A DNA stretch of 63,888 bases, counting the filler, from Octopus bimaculoides (lineage: Eukaryota): assembly GCF_001194135.2 (NCBI RefSeq). It is 5 parts of 4 records of this genome, joined end to end, with 100 filler letters (N's around TTAATTAATTAA, not from the genome) between each part and the next. Parts side by side here need not be neighbours in the genome. Positions count along the whole stretch, not along the records: positions 1 to 31,114 come from NC_068996.1; 4 more parts are not named here. The stretch is one strand, 5' to 3'. Below the pieces are notes generated by a model that worked only from the letters and a program-made list of their open reading frames with translations, ran no database searches and had not been told where the DNA came from. Made by a program: the position numbers and the translations under genes. Positions within the stretch are counted from its first letter, which is position 1. The number at the start of each line of letters is the position of its first letter. Shown here piece after piece: positions 1-11,627 of this stretch.

Positions 1-50
1 TACCGAATAAGTGTCACATATTTTTACACACACACACACACACATATAAA

Positions 51-1248
51 TTTAGTTAGGTGTTAAATAGCCAAAGAATTTACTGTTTTTATTAATGATG
101 TTGAAACAGCTGTAATCTAATCTTTGTTTCAGAAAATAATAATGGCACACCCTCAGCTTACTCAAGAAATCAAGAGGCATGCTGTTATTGTGGTTATAAA
201 GGCTGAGCATAGTGATTTAGAAATATCTCAATTTTTAAAAGTTGCCATATCCTTTGTCTACAAAGTTTGTAATGAGCTAGAGACTGAAGATGGAAATGTA
301 TCACAAGTATCAAAGCATATAAAGTATTCTAAATACTCTGAAATCATCAGAACACCTGAATTTGTCCAGCAAGTTCAACAGAATATCGATTACAATCCCA
401 GAAAGTCCATGTGGTCAATTACAAAAGATCTCCATGTGTCAGAAGGAACAGTCAGAACTGTTGTCCAATAAAGACATCAGATATAAGTCTTATATGATGA
501 GGAAAGGTCAATTTGTCAGAAAAAGCAAAAGAAAATCACTACATCAGATCTAAAAGGTTGTTAAACAAACTGAAAAATCCAGCAGAAGATTTGATTTGAT
601 TTTTCTTGAACGAGAAAAAACTTCGACCAAGATCAAAAAGTTAACAGAAGAAATGAAAGATGGTTGTGTGCAGACCCTTCTGAAGTTCCAAGCGTAATGC
701 ATGCAAAATTTCCTGCAAGTATCATGGTTTTAGGGGTTGTCAGCAATGAAGGACATGTGATGCCTCCTTACTTCTTTCCACAAGACCTTAGAGCTAACTG
801 TGTCACCTACATTGAGGTTCTGGAAACTATTGTTAAGCCCTAGATAGACAGTGTATGTAATGGAATGCAATGTGTGTTTCATTAAGACTCTGCCCTATCA
901 CACATGGCTCTAGTGACACAGGAATGGATGGCTGAAAATTTTCATGATCATATAACTCCTAACATTTGGCTTCCTAATTCCCCAGATCTCAATCCAGTGT
1001 TGTTGAGAGAGAGGCCAATGAACACGCCCATTCTTTGAAAGCTGCCATAGTCAGAGTAATGTCCAAATTGAACCAGGGCCACTTGATTCAAGCAGTTGTT
1101 GAAGCTGAAGGTGGTTTTAATGAATAACATTGTAGAAATGAAGGTTTATTTTTATCCTCATAGCATTTTTTGATAAAGTTATTATCTGTTATTATATATC
1201 TGTTTATTTATAAACATAAATCTGTCCTCAAGTATCTTATGCAGCCTG
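51..1248 (+). mobile_element. Tc1/mariner superfamily DNA transposon remnant, DD37D (maT-like) type; disrupted transposase
   Basis: ORF 124-471 is an HTH region. Downstream frames give FLNEKNFDQ, IMVLGVVSNEG, DSALSH and WLPNSPDLNP. Spacing from DSA to the expected NPLD position is 37 aa, but the third D is removed by a small deletion after NP. The 3' end ...CTTATGCAGCCTG is followed by TA at 1249-1250. No left TIR is seen. Confidence 0.8.
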
Positions 1249-1266
1249 TATATATNNNNNNNNNNN

Positions 1267-2582
1267 AAATGGAGCAAAACGCGTATAATCAATGAGTTCC
1301 TTTAATTCCTACATATATTGCAAAATATATGTGCACTCTACTCCAAAGAAGTAAGAGGTGGTGGAAACGCACAGAAATTCATCGTCAGGGAACCAATATA
1401 CAAAAGCAAGACATGCGCTAAATGCTAAGGTTGCGTACGAGTTATAACATTATATAGCTAAGTAAATGACCGTTAGAAACAAGAACACTAGTTTATAGGG
1501 AGCTGTTAAGGGAGGGAGCTTTTCCACATTCTGTTCTCCAAGAATAATTTAGTAAACCAGATAACACAGAGAGCATACAGATGCCAGCATTGGAGGAAAC
1601 ACACCTTCAGTTCTTTTCATTAATTTCATCCTTCTAACTAATTTTAGTTATTATTATCGTTTTTATTTTTTCACCCAATGACATTCTCTCTAGTGGACGT
1701 CCACCTTACAAGTGGTATGTACAATCACCCAGCTTAGTATTTACCTTTAACTTTAGACAATAACAATAATAGTAATAATGATAATATTTAATTTATTCTT
1801 ATATTTATTATAATAATAATAGTAACAATAACAGGAATAATATCATTAAAATATTATCTTAAATAATAATTATATCTGACTCCAACGCCAGTTGTTTTTA
1901 CTCTTTCCCCTTCCATAGTTTGTTCAGCAAGTCTTTCCCAGTAAAGCTACATTCGTTGAGTTTGAAGCATACTGGTATTTTTACTTACATAATTTCGATC
2001 TTGTTCTAGTAAGCATGTTTATTATTATTATTTATAGTTTTGTACCTTGTACTACCATTTATTTAGGTTAATAACCGTATCTTAATATGATACAATGTTA
2101 TGGTTGTTTAATTAATTATATTTACAATCTTTGCTTAATTTTACCTCAGTATATAAGTTTGTTTACACAAGGAGTAATATATAATGAATTCATTGAATTC
2201 TGTCCCTTTTTCCCTTTCTGATTTTTAGTTTGCCATTATTTTCCATGTTTTTGAACTTCAGATTTTTTGGATTTTACTGCGATCCATTTTGCCTTCCTTT
2301 AATTCAAACTTTTAGCATAGCGTTCATAGCTTCTCTCCCTTAACAGCTCCCTGTAAACCAGCGTTCTTGTTTCTAACGGTCATTTACTTAACTATATAAT
2401 GTTATAACTCGCACGTAACCATAACATTTAGCATAAGTCTTGCGTTTGTATGTTGGTTCCCTGACGATGAATTTCTGTGCATTTCCAGCACCTCTTACTT
2501 CTTTGGAGTAGAGTGCACATATATTTTGAAACATATGTAGGAATTACAGGAACTTATTGATTATACGCGTTTTGCTCCATTT
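1267..2582 (-). mobile_element. Penelope-like element 3' fragment with inverted pseudo-LTRs and a decayed GIY-YIG endonuclease
   Basis: 1267-1520 and 2328-2582 are ~255-bp imperfect inverted repeats carrying a hammerhead motif. The minus strand near 2200-2130 reads IIYYSLCKQTYI..., similar to the PLE IYxIxC..C...YIG motif. An inverted 5' pLTR is a known PLE insertion structure. Confidence 0.7.
2457..2543 (+). ncRNA. Minimal type-I hammerhead ribozyme motif (PLE-associated)
   Basis: TTCC-CTGACGA-(long stem II region)-GAAAC-ATAT-GTA-GGAA. Stem I is TTCC/GGAA, stem III is the palindrome ACATATGT, and the predicted cleavage is after 2539. The base of stem II is poorly paired. Confidence 0.6.
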
Positions 2583-2952
2583 ATTATTATTATTCATATC
2601 TACTCAAAATACATCACTTTAACATGGTATTTTCTACCTATTAACCGGGTATGATATTCCAATTTTTGTGTGATCTTTGCTACCCTGGTAACTATTAACA
2701 TATTTACATTATGGAAGTTTTTTCAAACCAAGATAATATTAATATATACATAAANNNNNNNNNNNNNNNNNNNNNNNNNNNNNNNNNNNNNNNNNNNNNN
2801 NNNNNNNNNNNNNNNNNNNNNNNNNNNNNNNNNNNNNNNNNNNNNNNNNNNNNNNNNNNNNNNNNNNNNNNNNNNNNNNNNNNNNNNNNNNNNNNNNNNN
2901 NNNNNNNNNNNNNNNNNNNNNNNNNNNNNNNNNNNNNNNNNNNNNNNNNNNN

Positions 2953-4860
2953 AACCACCACTCTACAACTCAGTCAACTAAGAACTTGTCCAAAACCATG
3001 CTGTGAGGCATCTACCATATCAATATTTATCTAAGATTTTAATCTAAAATTTTAATAATTTTAATAATATATAATATATCATATAAAGAAACATTCATCA
3101 TAAAAATATAAATTTAAAAATCAAAATTATGAATAGGACAGTAAAAATTAATACAATAATATAAAGTGTGAAAGTATAAAAGTCAGTGCTAGTACATAGA
3201 CTACGCGTGTTACATGGTTGAAATAGGACTATATAAAATCATAAGCAAATTCTATCCAAGTTCATTAGAACGGGGAAATGATTTTACTCCCAAAATCAGC
3301 CACTCTTCAGGTCAAATTCTTTAAAAAATACCTAAAATCGTTCAAGGAATAAACATAAGAAATAAAAATATATATAAAGAGACAAAACCTGTAAACTAAT
3401 CCCTACATTAACGGTATTAATATAATTATTAAGCGTTACAACCTAAAAATATTGAAAAAGAGTATTATAGTGAACAAGGTTAAAACATTATGGAATAGGT
3501 AAATAATAGTAAAAAATGTGTTAGTGTATAAAGTTAATAAAAGACATTTCAATATTGCTTGGAAAATTAAAATTAGAAAACTTGACTTATCTGCCGGTGA
3601 ATAACTGTAGATTAAACCAAAATGAATGTACTATAGAATTTATACTAAAAGGTAACGTGATAAATATGGCGTCTATTACCCAGAGGTAAATGCGTATTAT
3701 AATTACTAAAATAATAACGAAAATATTGAAAAAGAAAATCTGCCTAAAATAAAAAGTTTCTTGAGGATTAAAAATACTAAAATACTTAAAACTCTCAGAT
3801 TTACGCAGAATAATAACTATACCACATCCGAAAATTTACCATCCATATCCATGTTAAAAATGATTATTACAGCTACACAAACATATTTATATACAAACTC
3901 ATTAGAGAAAGTAATTATTACCTGAGTGTATCAAGAATATAAAATGACTGCAGTTGATGGTATATTATAAATTTGGTCATAAAAGAATTATTAAACTAAA
4001 AACTTGGTTTTGTACCTTATTTATATATAAAATACAATTAGCCATCATTTTGACGGCACGGGGTCAGGTAGTATATATATAAAAAGTTAAGTTAATTGCT
4101 ACATCAAAGTAGCTGTTCCATGTTACTACTAGTTTAACCCCAGGCAGAGCTCCCGCCTGCTGGTTATCGATGCAGCACTGTACCTTATATATTCCTGGCA
4201 GGGGGAGCGAACCCCTACCATCCTCTAGCACCCGGCCGACAGAGCGATAACCAGGATCCATTCCAGCCAACAATATATTGTAAACAAAGCTACTATCGGT
4301 CACTGATTTTGTATCATGAGGTAAAGTTAAAGTCACTGGTGATCTAAACTAATAGGTATGAGTGCTCCAATTGATAAGCTACTAGAATCCAAGTTCATAA
4401 CGGGGTGCTGGAGTTGTGGTAGCCATCACCATCCAGAGTAGGGAGACAATCGGGAACCTGTAGCCTACCTTCGAGTCAGTAGGTATAATTCAAAGAAAGG
4501 GAAAACAAAATCAAGGCAGGATAAGCTTATCAGTTCATTTGAATTAGTTTAATGGTGAAGTGAAGTAAGCAAAAATAAACAATAGTGTCTTAAAGCTGTT
4601 TCTGGGGGATATCAAGGTGTAGATCAATGTGTTGATCCACATTTCCATTTACTGGGTATTCCGTCATCGGAGGCAGAATATAAAGCGTACAAACAAGAGA
4701 ATATACAGGCAGGAAACTTTTATGTGGAGATGTAGAGAAAAAAAAATTGATGTAAGAGAAATGTGTAGCAAGGTATGAACTATGAGCTCATAGTTCATCC
4801 TGTTTTGGAGGGTATGCGAATTTATCCATATTTCCGTGTGAGTGTACCTCCTCACGTATA
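2953..4860 (-). pseudogene. Possible highly decayed mitochondrial-like insertion (cox2/atp8/atp6/cox3-like fragments)
   Basis: By-eye peptide resemblances under the invertebrate mitochondrial code: IQMNW*AYPALILF and PGIYKVQCC (COX2-like), FSIFNPQ and PF..MEF..PIST (ATP6-like), MVDAS/WFWTSS (COX3-like). Many stops and frameshifts; weak support. Confidence 0.25.
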
Positions 4861-5537
4861 TTCCTAGGTAAGTCCATAGTTCAGAAAGCGTGTTAAGTAA
4901 TGCACTCAGTTGAGAAAGATCTAGCAGTTTGGTATTATTCGTGCGGATAATGAATGGGCTCGATTTGTTCGACTAAAACCTTTCAAGCGTTGCTCCAGCA
5001 TGGCTCTAGTCCAATTATTAAAGCAAATTAAAGGTAAAAGATAACCAGCATGGAGTAACACGTTTATTATTAATTATAATAATTATTATTTCGATTAATT
5101 ATTCTGAATTATGGTATTTACTTTTAATGTTTCATAAGACTGAATCACACAATATATAATTATTCGCTTCGATGTAATAATTCCCATTGCTACAAATTTA
5201 TACCTTCTGGTGTTAAAATCTGCTCTTCTGTTGGGAAGTACAGCCAGATGATGTTACAGATGCAAAAGAAATTATGAGGAAGAAGACGATGTAGATGATG
5301 TTAACATTAAAGAAATCAATTTAAGTAAAAGCTAGTCTAAGGGAAATTACTCACAAAACTTGTTATACGCATTTGCTTCCCTTAGCAGAACTCGAAAAGA
5401 GAAAAAAGATTTTAAACATTCATTTTGATATCTCGTCACCGACAGTTTTAAACCACTGTTTTTTTCCCTTTTACTCCTTAAACGTCCTCTTAGTTCAGTA
5501 ATACCATTCTTAATATGCAACACTCTCCTCACTGAAG

Positions 5538-5549
5538 TGCATGTATGCA

Positions 5550-5580
<31 letters not shown>

Positions 5581-5802
5581 GCATATATATATACATATAT
5601 ACATACTTAGATACATATATACATAGAGACATACATACATACATATGTACATACATACATACATATGCATATATATACATATATACATACATACATAGAT
5701 ACATATATACATAGAGACATACATACATACATATATACATATATACATACATACATAGATACATATATACATAGTGACATACATACATACATACATACAT
5801 AC
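5538..5802. repeat. Compound (TACA)n/(TA)n microsatellite
   Basis: Directly visible tetranucleotide/dinucleotide array with a repeated ACATAGAG subunit. Confidence 0.95.
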
Positions 5803-5804
5803 AT

Positions 5805-6982
5805 GTTGGTCAGTTTGGTCAGGATAAATGTTGTTAAAAGGTTGTGGAATTGGAGAGAACTGTAAACCAGACAAGCAACATCTCCATCAATGACTTCACT
5901 GTTTCCCCTGTATCTGACGAGGAATATTACAGGTACCTAGGGGTGGATGAAAACATATCTTACAATGGCACCTGTAACAAAACACATGTCACTAAAGAAT
6001 ATTACAGCCGAATAAAGAAAATTTGGACCTCAAAACTCTCTGCATTCAATAAAACAGTGGTCCACAATGTGTTTACAGTGTCAGCGTCAGTGTCAAACCA
6101 CAATCTGGGCTGCTTGATTGGATGCTTAATGAGATCCGAGCCATTGATGTGAAAACTTGAAAAATACTAACAAGCACACATAATTTGATGTAGAAAACCT
6201 CCACCTAAAATGAAAACAAGGCAGTAGAGGCTTCACATCGATCCAAAATGCTTTTGAATGTTGCATCATATCCCTTCAGCAACATCTTTTAACCATCAAC
6301 TATCAAGTGTATTCCTTGATGAAGTTTGCATACACAAGGCTGAAAACATCATAAGACTTGGGAAGGCAGCTCCTTGAGCAACACACTTTGTCTGATAACC
6401 TAGAATACATGCCCAAAGAAGTCGCACAACTCTACCGCAACGTATCATCAGATGAAAAGATGAGCCTATACGAGCAGAAGACTATGCATGAATATGTTAG
6501 CAGAAAGCTCCGTGATGATAGTAACACCGATCATCAAAGCAGTTTATCATGGACTAATAGCCAGATTACTGTCTTCCATTTTGAAGGGTATGCATTTGCA
6601 ATCCAGGAACAGGAAGTATCAACCAATGATTTGGGATAGAGAAGAGAAACTGTGTACAGTTGTGGAAATTAGCTGCTCAGCGGATGTTAACAAAAAACTG
6701 AAGATCAGTGAAAAAGAGAATATCTACGCTGAACTATTGAGAAATCTGCAGTTATTCTATCCAGATTACAAGTTCAGGTTTATACCTGTAATTATTGGCA
6801 CCCTGGGATATGTAACACACAGCCTAAATACCAATCTTGAGAAATTAGGCTTCTCAAAACAGAAAGGAGAAAGCTAATTCGAAGACTGCAGATCCAGTCC
6901 ATCACTGGAACTATAAAAATCTGTAAAACTTTCCAGAAGTTTATCATTTAAATATATATGAGCATCTCTAGATATGCAACTA
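5805..6982 (+). mobile_element. R4/Dong-like non-LTR retrotransposon, 5'-truncated; RT thumb to restriction-like endonuclease remnant
   Basis: Frames give YYRYLGVDE, SAFNKTVVHNVF, GYAFAIQEQE and IWDREEKLCTVVEISC..D...KISEKENIYAELLRNLQLFYPDYKFRFIPVIIGTLG. The CCHC finger and PD segment between AIQEQ and IWD are deleted. Confidence 0.8.
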
Positions 6983-7048
6983 TCATCATCATCATCATCA
7001 TCATCATCGTTTAACGTCCGCTTTCCAGGTTAGCATGGGTTGGACGAT
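6983..7048 (-). mobile_element. RTE-clade LINE 3' tail fragment with (GAT)n tail
   Basis: Matches the 3' end at 51170-51220 (CCAACCCATGCTA..GGAAAGCGGACGTTAAACGATGATG); runs into a gap. Confidence 0.85.
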
Positions 7049-7943
7049 NNNNNNNNNNNNNNNNNNNNNNNNNNNNNNNNNNNNNNNNNNNNNNNNNNNN
7101 NNNNNNNNNNNNNNNNNNNNNNNNNNNNNNNNNNNNNNNNNNNNNNNNNNNNNNNNNNNNNNNNNNNNNNNNNNNNNNNNNNNNNNNNNNNNNNNNNNNN
7201 NNNNNNNNNNNNNNNNNNNNNNNNNNNNNNNNNNNNNNNNNNNNNNNNNNNNNNNNNNNNNNNNNNNNNNNNNNNNNNNNNNNNNNNNNNNNNNNNNNNN
7301 NNNNNNNNNNNNNNNNNNNNNNNNNNNNNNNNNNNNNNNNNNNNNNNNNNNNNNNNNNNNNNNNNNNNNNNNNNNNNNNNNNNNNNNNNNNNNNNNNNNN
7401 NNNNNNNNNNNNNNNNNNNNNNNNNNNNNNNNNNNNNNNNNNNNNNNNNNNNNNNNNNNNNNNNNNNNNNNNNNNNNNNNNNNNNNNNNNNNNNNNNNNN
7501 NNNNNNNNNNNNNNNNNNNNNNNNNNNNNNNNNNNNNNNNNNNNNNNNNNNNNNNNNNNNNNNNNNNNNNNNNNNNNNNNNNNNNNNNNNNNNNNNNNNN
7601 NNNNNNNNNNNNNNNNNNNNNNNNNNNNNNNNNNNNNNNNNNNNNNNNNNNNNNNNNNNNNNNNNNNNNNNNNNNNNNNNNNNNNNNNNNNNNNNNNNNN
7701 NNNNNNNNNNNNNNNNNNNNNNNNNNNNNNNNNNNNNNNNNNNNNNNNNNNNNNNNNNNNNNNNNNNNNNNNNNNNNNNNNNNNNNNNNNNNNNNNNNNN
7801 NNNNNNNNNNNNNNNNNNNNNNNNNNNNNNNNNNNNNNNNNNNNNNNNNNNNNNNNNNNNNNNNNNNNNNNNNNNNNNNNNNNNNNNNNNNNNNNNNNNN
7901 NNNNNNNNNNNNNNNNNNNNNNNNNNNNNNNNNNNNNNNNNNN

Positions 7944-8270
7944 TCAAAACCTGAAAGAAAAAGGCTGATTAGATGACTACAGATTCAAGCCATCAATGGA
8001 ACTGTAAAGATATGTAAAACTTTCCAAAAATTTAGCACATAAATACATATGCATGCATCTAGACATGAAAATATATACATAAAAACGCATTCATAAAACA
8101 AACATACAAATCTGCGCATACACTAACACCAAATACTGCACACACACACATATGCACGAATACCTAGATGATGTTGATGAAAGTTCCAATGAAGGAGCCT
8201 TGAATCTATGTTAGAGTCCGGCTCTTTATCTATGGACAAAAAATACAGAAATGAAACTGATTGATAACAT
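7944..8270 (+). mobile_element. Second R4/Dong-like 3' end (ORF end plus 3' UTR)
   Basis: 7944-8070 is a diverged paralogue of 6852-6980 (ORF end ...GTVKICKTFQKF). It ends next to ACATACATACAT. Confidence 0.7.
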
Positions 8271-8299
8271 ACATACATGGTGGTGGTGGTGGTAAAGGT

Positions 8300-8672
8300 G
8301 TTTCAGTTCTGACCATTTTCCAGTCTGTAATCCATGGTTGCATTGTGTCCAGGTCCAATTGCCAGAAAGATCTATAATGTTCAGGATCTGTCCCTTTTTA
8401 TCGCAAGGTACAGCTTGATGTCATCTGCATATTTCAGCACTGTGGCATTCTCTAAGAACAGATCCCTGCAGTACACCAGGTGATATCTCATAGCGTGAAG
8501 AATGCTGTCCTAGAACCGTGACTACCTCTTTGCGGCTGAGAATGAAGGACTCTAACCAGTTAAAAGGATCATCTTTCACACTCATTGTAGAGAGTTTTGC
8601 CATAAGTCTTTTGTGTGGAACAGAATTAAAAGCTTTAGCAAAGTCAAGGTAAACAACACCCATCCATGAACC
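8300..8672 (-). mobile_element. CR1/L2-type LINE reverse transcriptase fragment
   Basis: ORF 8421-8663 reads VVYLDFAKAFNSVPHKRL...GVLQGSVL, followed in another frame by YADDIKLY. Confidence 0.85.
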
Positions 8673-8716
8673 GCCAATATGTATTTATATATAGAAAATG
8701 CTTAGAACGCCTTTAC

Positions 8717-8765
8717 CACCACCACCACCACCACCACCNNNNNNNNNNNNNNNNNNNNNNNNNNC

Positions 8766-8826
<61 letters not shown>

Positions 8827-8835
8827 TCAACAGCT
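8717..8835. repeat. (CAC)n / (CAA)n microsatellite with internal gap
   Basis: Directly visible. Confidence 0.95.
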
Positions 8836-9154
8836 GCAACAATAGAAGACTAATCGAATAGCCAGAGTTGTATAAGGGAAGCAACTTTTACAACTAGAAG
8901 TGGCAACCAAGTACGATAACTCGTGGTAATTGACATTTTAATTTGAAAATACTTACAGAAATGTGATAGTAGCCGATATCTTGGATAAAGTTAAGCTAAT
9001 GAAATTTTGTCAGCAGAAATGGTTCTACTACCGTCTTTGATTAACGAATATTGGAGACTTTAACTGACTTACTTTGAAAAATTTCCGTTCTCAATCTTAT
9101 ATTCTTTTTCATTTGTTTAGCAAATCAAAGGAAGCGAGTTATGAAAAACAATAA

Positions 9155-11627
9155 CACTAGGTAACAAATTTCACTTTTTTTCTTTTTGTTACAGACGCGT
9201 ACACTACCGATCTCTATTAAATTTCTGATGCTAATTTCAGATCTGATATCTAAATTTCTCTATCACGTCCAGATTTTGTGTAACCCCTATTTTTCGTTTT
9301 TTTTTTTTTGCTCGTCCACTTCTATTACGAAAGCTGTCTACGCTACTTTTCCGTGCCACGTTTTATGTTAAGCATACTTAAATAATTAGTGAACAGGAAC
9401 GTCTTTCCTCCTTTATTCTGGTTTAAGACAGACAGTGGAATTCCGCTGGCGGAGTTATCACTCATGCCCCAACCATCCACTGAAAAAGCATTAGTATTTT
9501 GCTGTTACTAAAGAAAGGCAACTTTATGTTCTTAAGTGAAACTTCTGTGTTTCCTCTTCTTTTGACGCTTGTAGGATGACGAGCTCTCCTTCTGCGGGAG
9601 CCAACTATAATCTCCATTCATATTTAGGTTGAAATTACCCTAGTATCCGTTTTCCATAACTGAGATCCGTTGGTGGAAGCGCTCACCATGCCCGACACTC
9701 ACAGCCTCAAGGTTGGCCGGGAAGAAATCAAGATGAGAATGTAATAAATGCCTTTTCAAACACTCTGCATCTCATTTTTCATAAGATTTAAGCATGCTTT
9801 CTACGAGTTCACAGTGGTTTTCAAGAAGACTTTTGACAACTTCAACAAAAGATGTCCATGCTCCTAGTTCATTCTCGTTTAAATCAGATGGAAACGACGA
9901 GCCGTGGATGACACCGTAAATCTGTGGTCCAGTGAAAACTCCAGCGTCTAGCTTAGAATCTGTCAATATTCTTTTGAACTTGTCCTTTAGATATTGGTAA
10001 CCACTACCTTGATGATCCGTACCCATCACGAAACTTTTTATAAGGCGAAGTTTAATGTGAAGTAGTGGAAGATGCACTTTCTGAAGATCAGTAAGTACTG
10101 GGTGTTCAGTTCTAGATGGCCAATCATGTTTTATGTAGTGGTTCTTGTCATCTCTGCTGTTCCATAGAGACAAAAAGCTTTGCGTAGCTCAACGGTAATC
10201 TAAAAAGTAATGATACAACTTTAAGGTCACCATAAATATTCCATATGTGGCCCATACGTTTGTTGAGTCTTATCAGTAGTTTCATCGATTCATAAGTTTC
10301 ATTAAGGTCAGTGGCATGTACCACATGTATTGAAGATTTTTCATTGCCGTTGTGCAGTAATACAGCTGTAAGGATAGCTTTACTAAAGTCAATGATCAAT
10401 TTCCATTCTTTTGAATCCTAGCGAAAGCCAATCCTTTCCATCGTGACAGAAACACATCTTCCTCCTGTAACTAAAATGATGAAAACTGCAAATGGCAACA
10501 GCGGAAACGGGAAACTGAAGTGTTTGGCTGGAGAAAATTCCATATTGAAGTCTGGAACCAAAGAACTCCGCCTTTTCTTTTGATAATTCCAAATCGCGCA
10601 TTAAATCATTTAACTCCGTTTGATTTAGCAAACTATTTGCATCTGGAACATATGCACCATCTTTTCCTATTTCTATATCACTAGTAGAATCTTCAAATGA
10701 ACTGTTGTCTGTTGTCGTTGCTGGTGGAACTGGCGGTGATTTTGTTTCATCATGTGGTACCGATTTCATTGCTGATTCGCAGTTTGAGTACATGATTTTT
10801 AAAATTTATTTTTCTTTGTGAAACCAGCAATTTTTGTCAAGCAAAAATAACAATCATTGAAGTGATATTTCGGCTTACACCAAACCACGCGGACTGAGAA
10901 CGGCATAGCTTTTCTTTTACCATTCATCCATGCTATTAACATTGCATTGCACTGTGCACTGCAAATATCTGGTGCCCAGTCCCTCTCTTGTTCTCTTAAC
11001 TCACAGTCAAAGTAATACTTGTTGGCAAGTTTAATCTTCATTGGTATGTTTCTACGTTGTGGCTTAGGTGTGTATTATTCACAAATATAGCAGAAGTTGT
11101 CTGGGTGATTTATACAAGCACGTCTATTTGATTAAATTTTAATTACCATACAATATCCGCAAAAGAAACGTAGAAAGTAATAATTACGATGTATAAAATA
11201 AAAAAGTAATACTTACCATAGTACAAAACATATGCTCTGAGAAGACACAAGTTCCCACAGCCAGTTACTTGCTTACCAGCAGAGAGCTTCAACAACCGCT
11301 CTACTTGACTGTCACGTAGCGTCTGACCGTTGGGCCGTTACTATACTCTTGACTCAGTGTTGCCAACTCGGGATGGATTTTATTGATCAAAATCGTTAGA
11401 ATTTGAATATGTTTGGCAAACAAAAATTACTTTAACCTTAAAAAGCAAGTTTCATATTACTGGCATTAAGTCGATTAAAACTAAAACTTTGACGTGGTTG
11501 GAAATTTTACTAAATGATATGCATTTTACACAAAATCTAGACGTAATTATAGATTTGTAATCAGCATATCGAAATTAGCTAGAAACACTTATTTAGTCTT
11601 CTGTAACAAAATCTTTGATGCCTAGTG
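9155..11627 (-). mobile_element. Full-length decayed Chapaev3-type (CMC superfamily) DNA transposon
   Basis: Termini are CACTAGGTAACAAA (9155) and CACTAGGCATCAAA (reverse complement at 11627), with TAA on both sides (9152-9154, 11628-11630). Subterminal similarity includes GCTAATTTC...AGATTTTGTGTAA. Transposase fragments lie inside. Confidence 0.8.
9536..11150 (-). pseudogene. Frameshifted transposase of the Chapaev3-type element
   Basis: Fragments CINHPDNFCYIC, WAPDIC..C, DCYFC, AVLLHNGN, WNIYGDLKV, LPLLHIKL, GVFTGPQI and HSHLDFFP..L.AVS..HGERFHQ are spread over four ORFs (10799-11041, 10389-10793, 10148-10399, 9772-10173) plus a 3' frame. Confidence 0.8.

Noticed and set aside
5347-5874. 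Long ORFs rich in YVCM/HTYI, poly-L, poly-I, poly-N or ER repeats (also ~12666-13047, 34268-34586, 35291-35714, 44198-44635, 45914-46266, 52822-53401)
   Set aside because: They are translations of microsatellites that happen to lack stops.
7030-7976. ORFs of 100-400 aa made mostly of X (also ~19748-20374, 29762-30396, 33033-34491, 39330-39917, 52016-52451, 62643-63220)
   Set aside because: They run through N gaps and carry no coding information.
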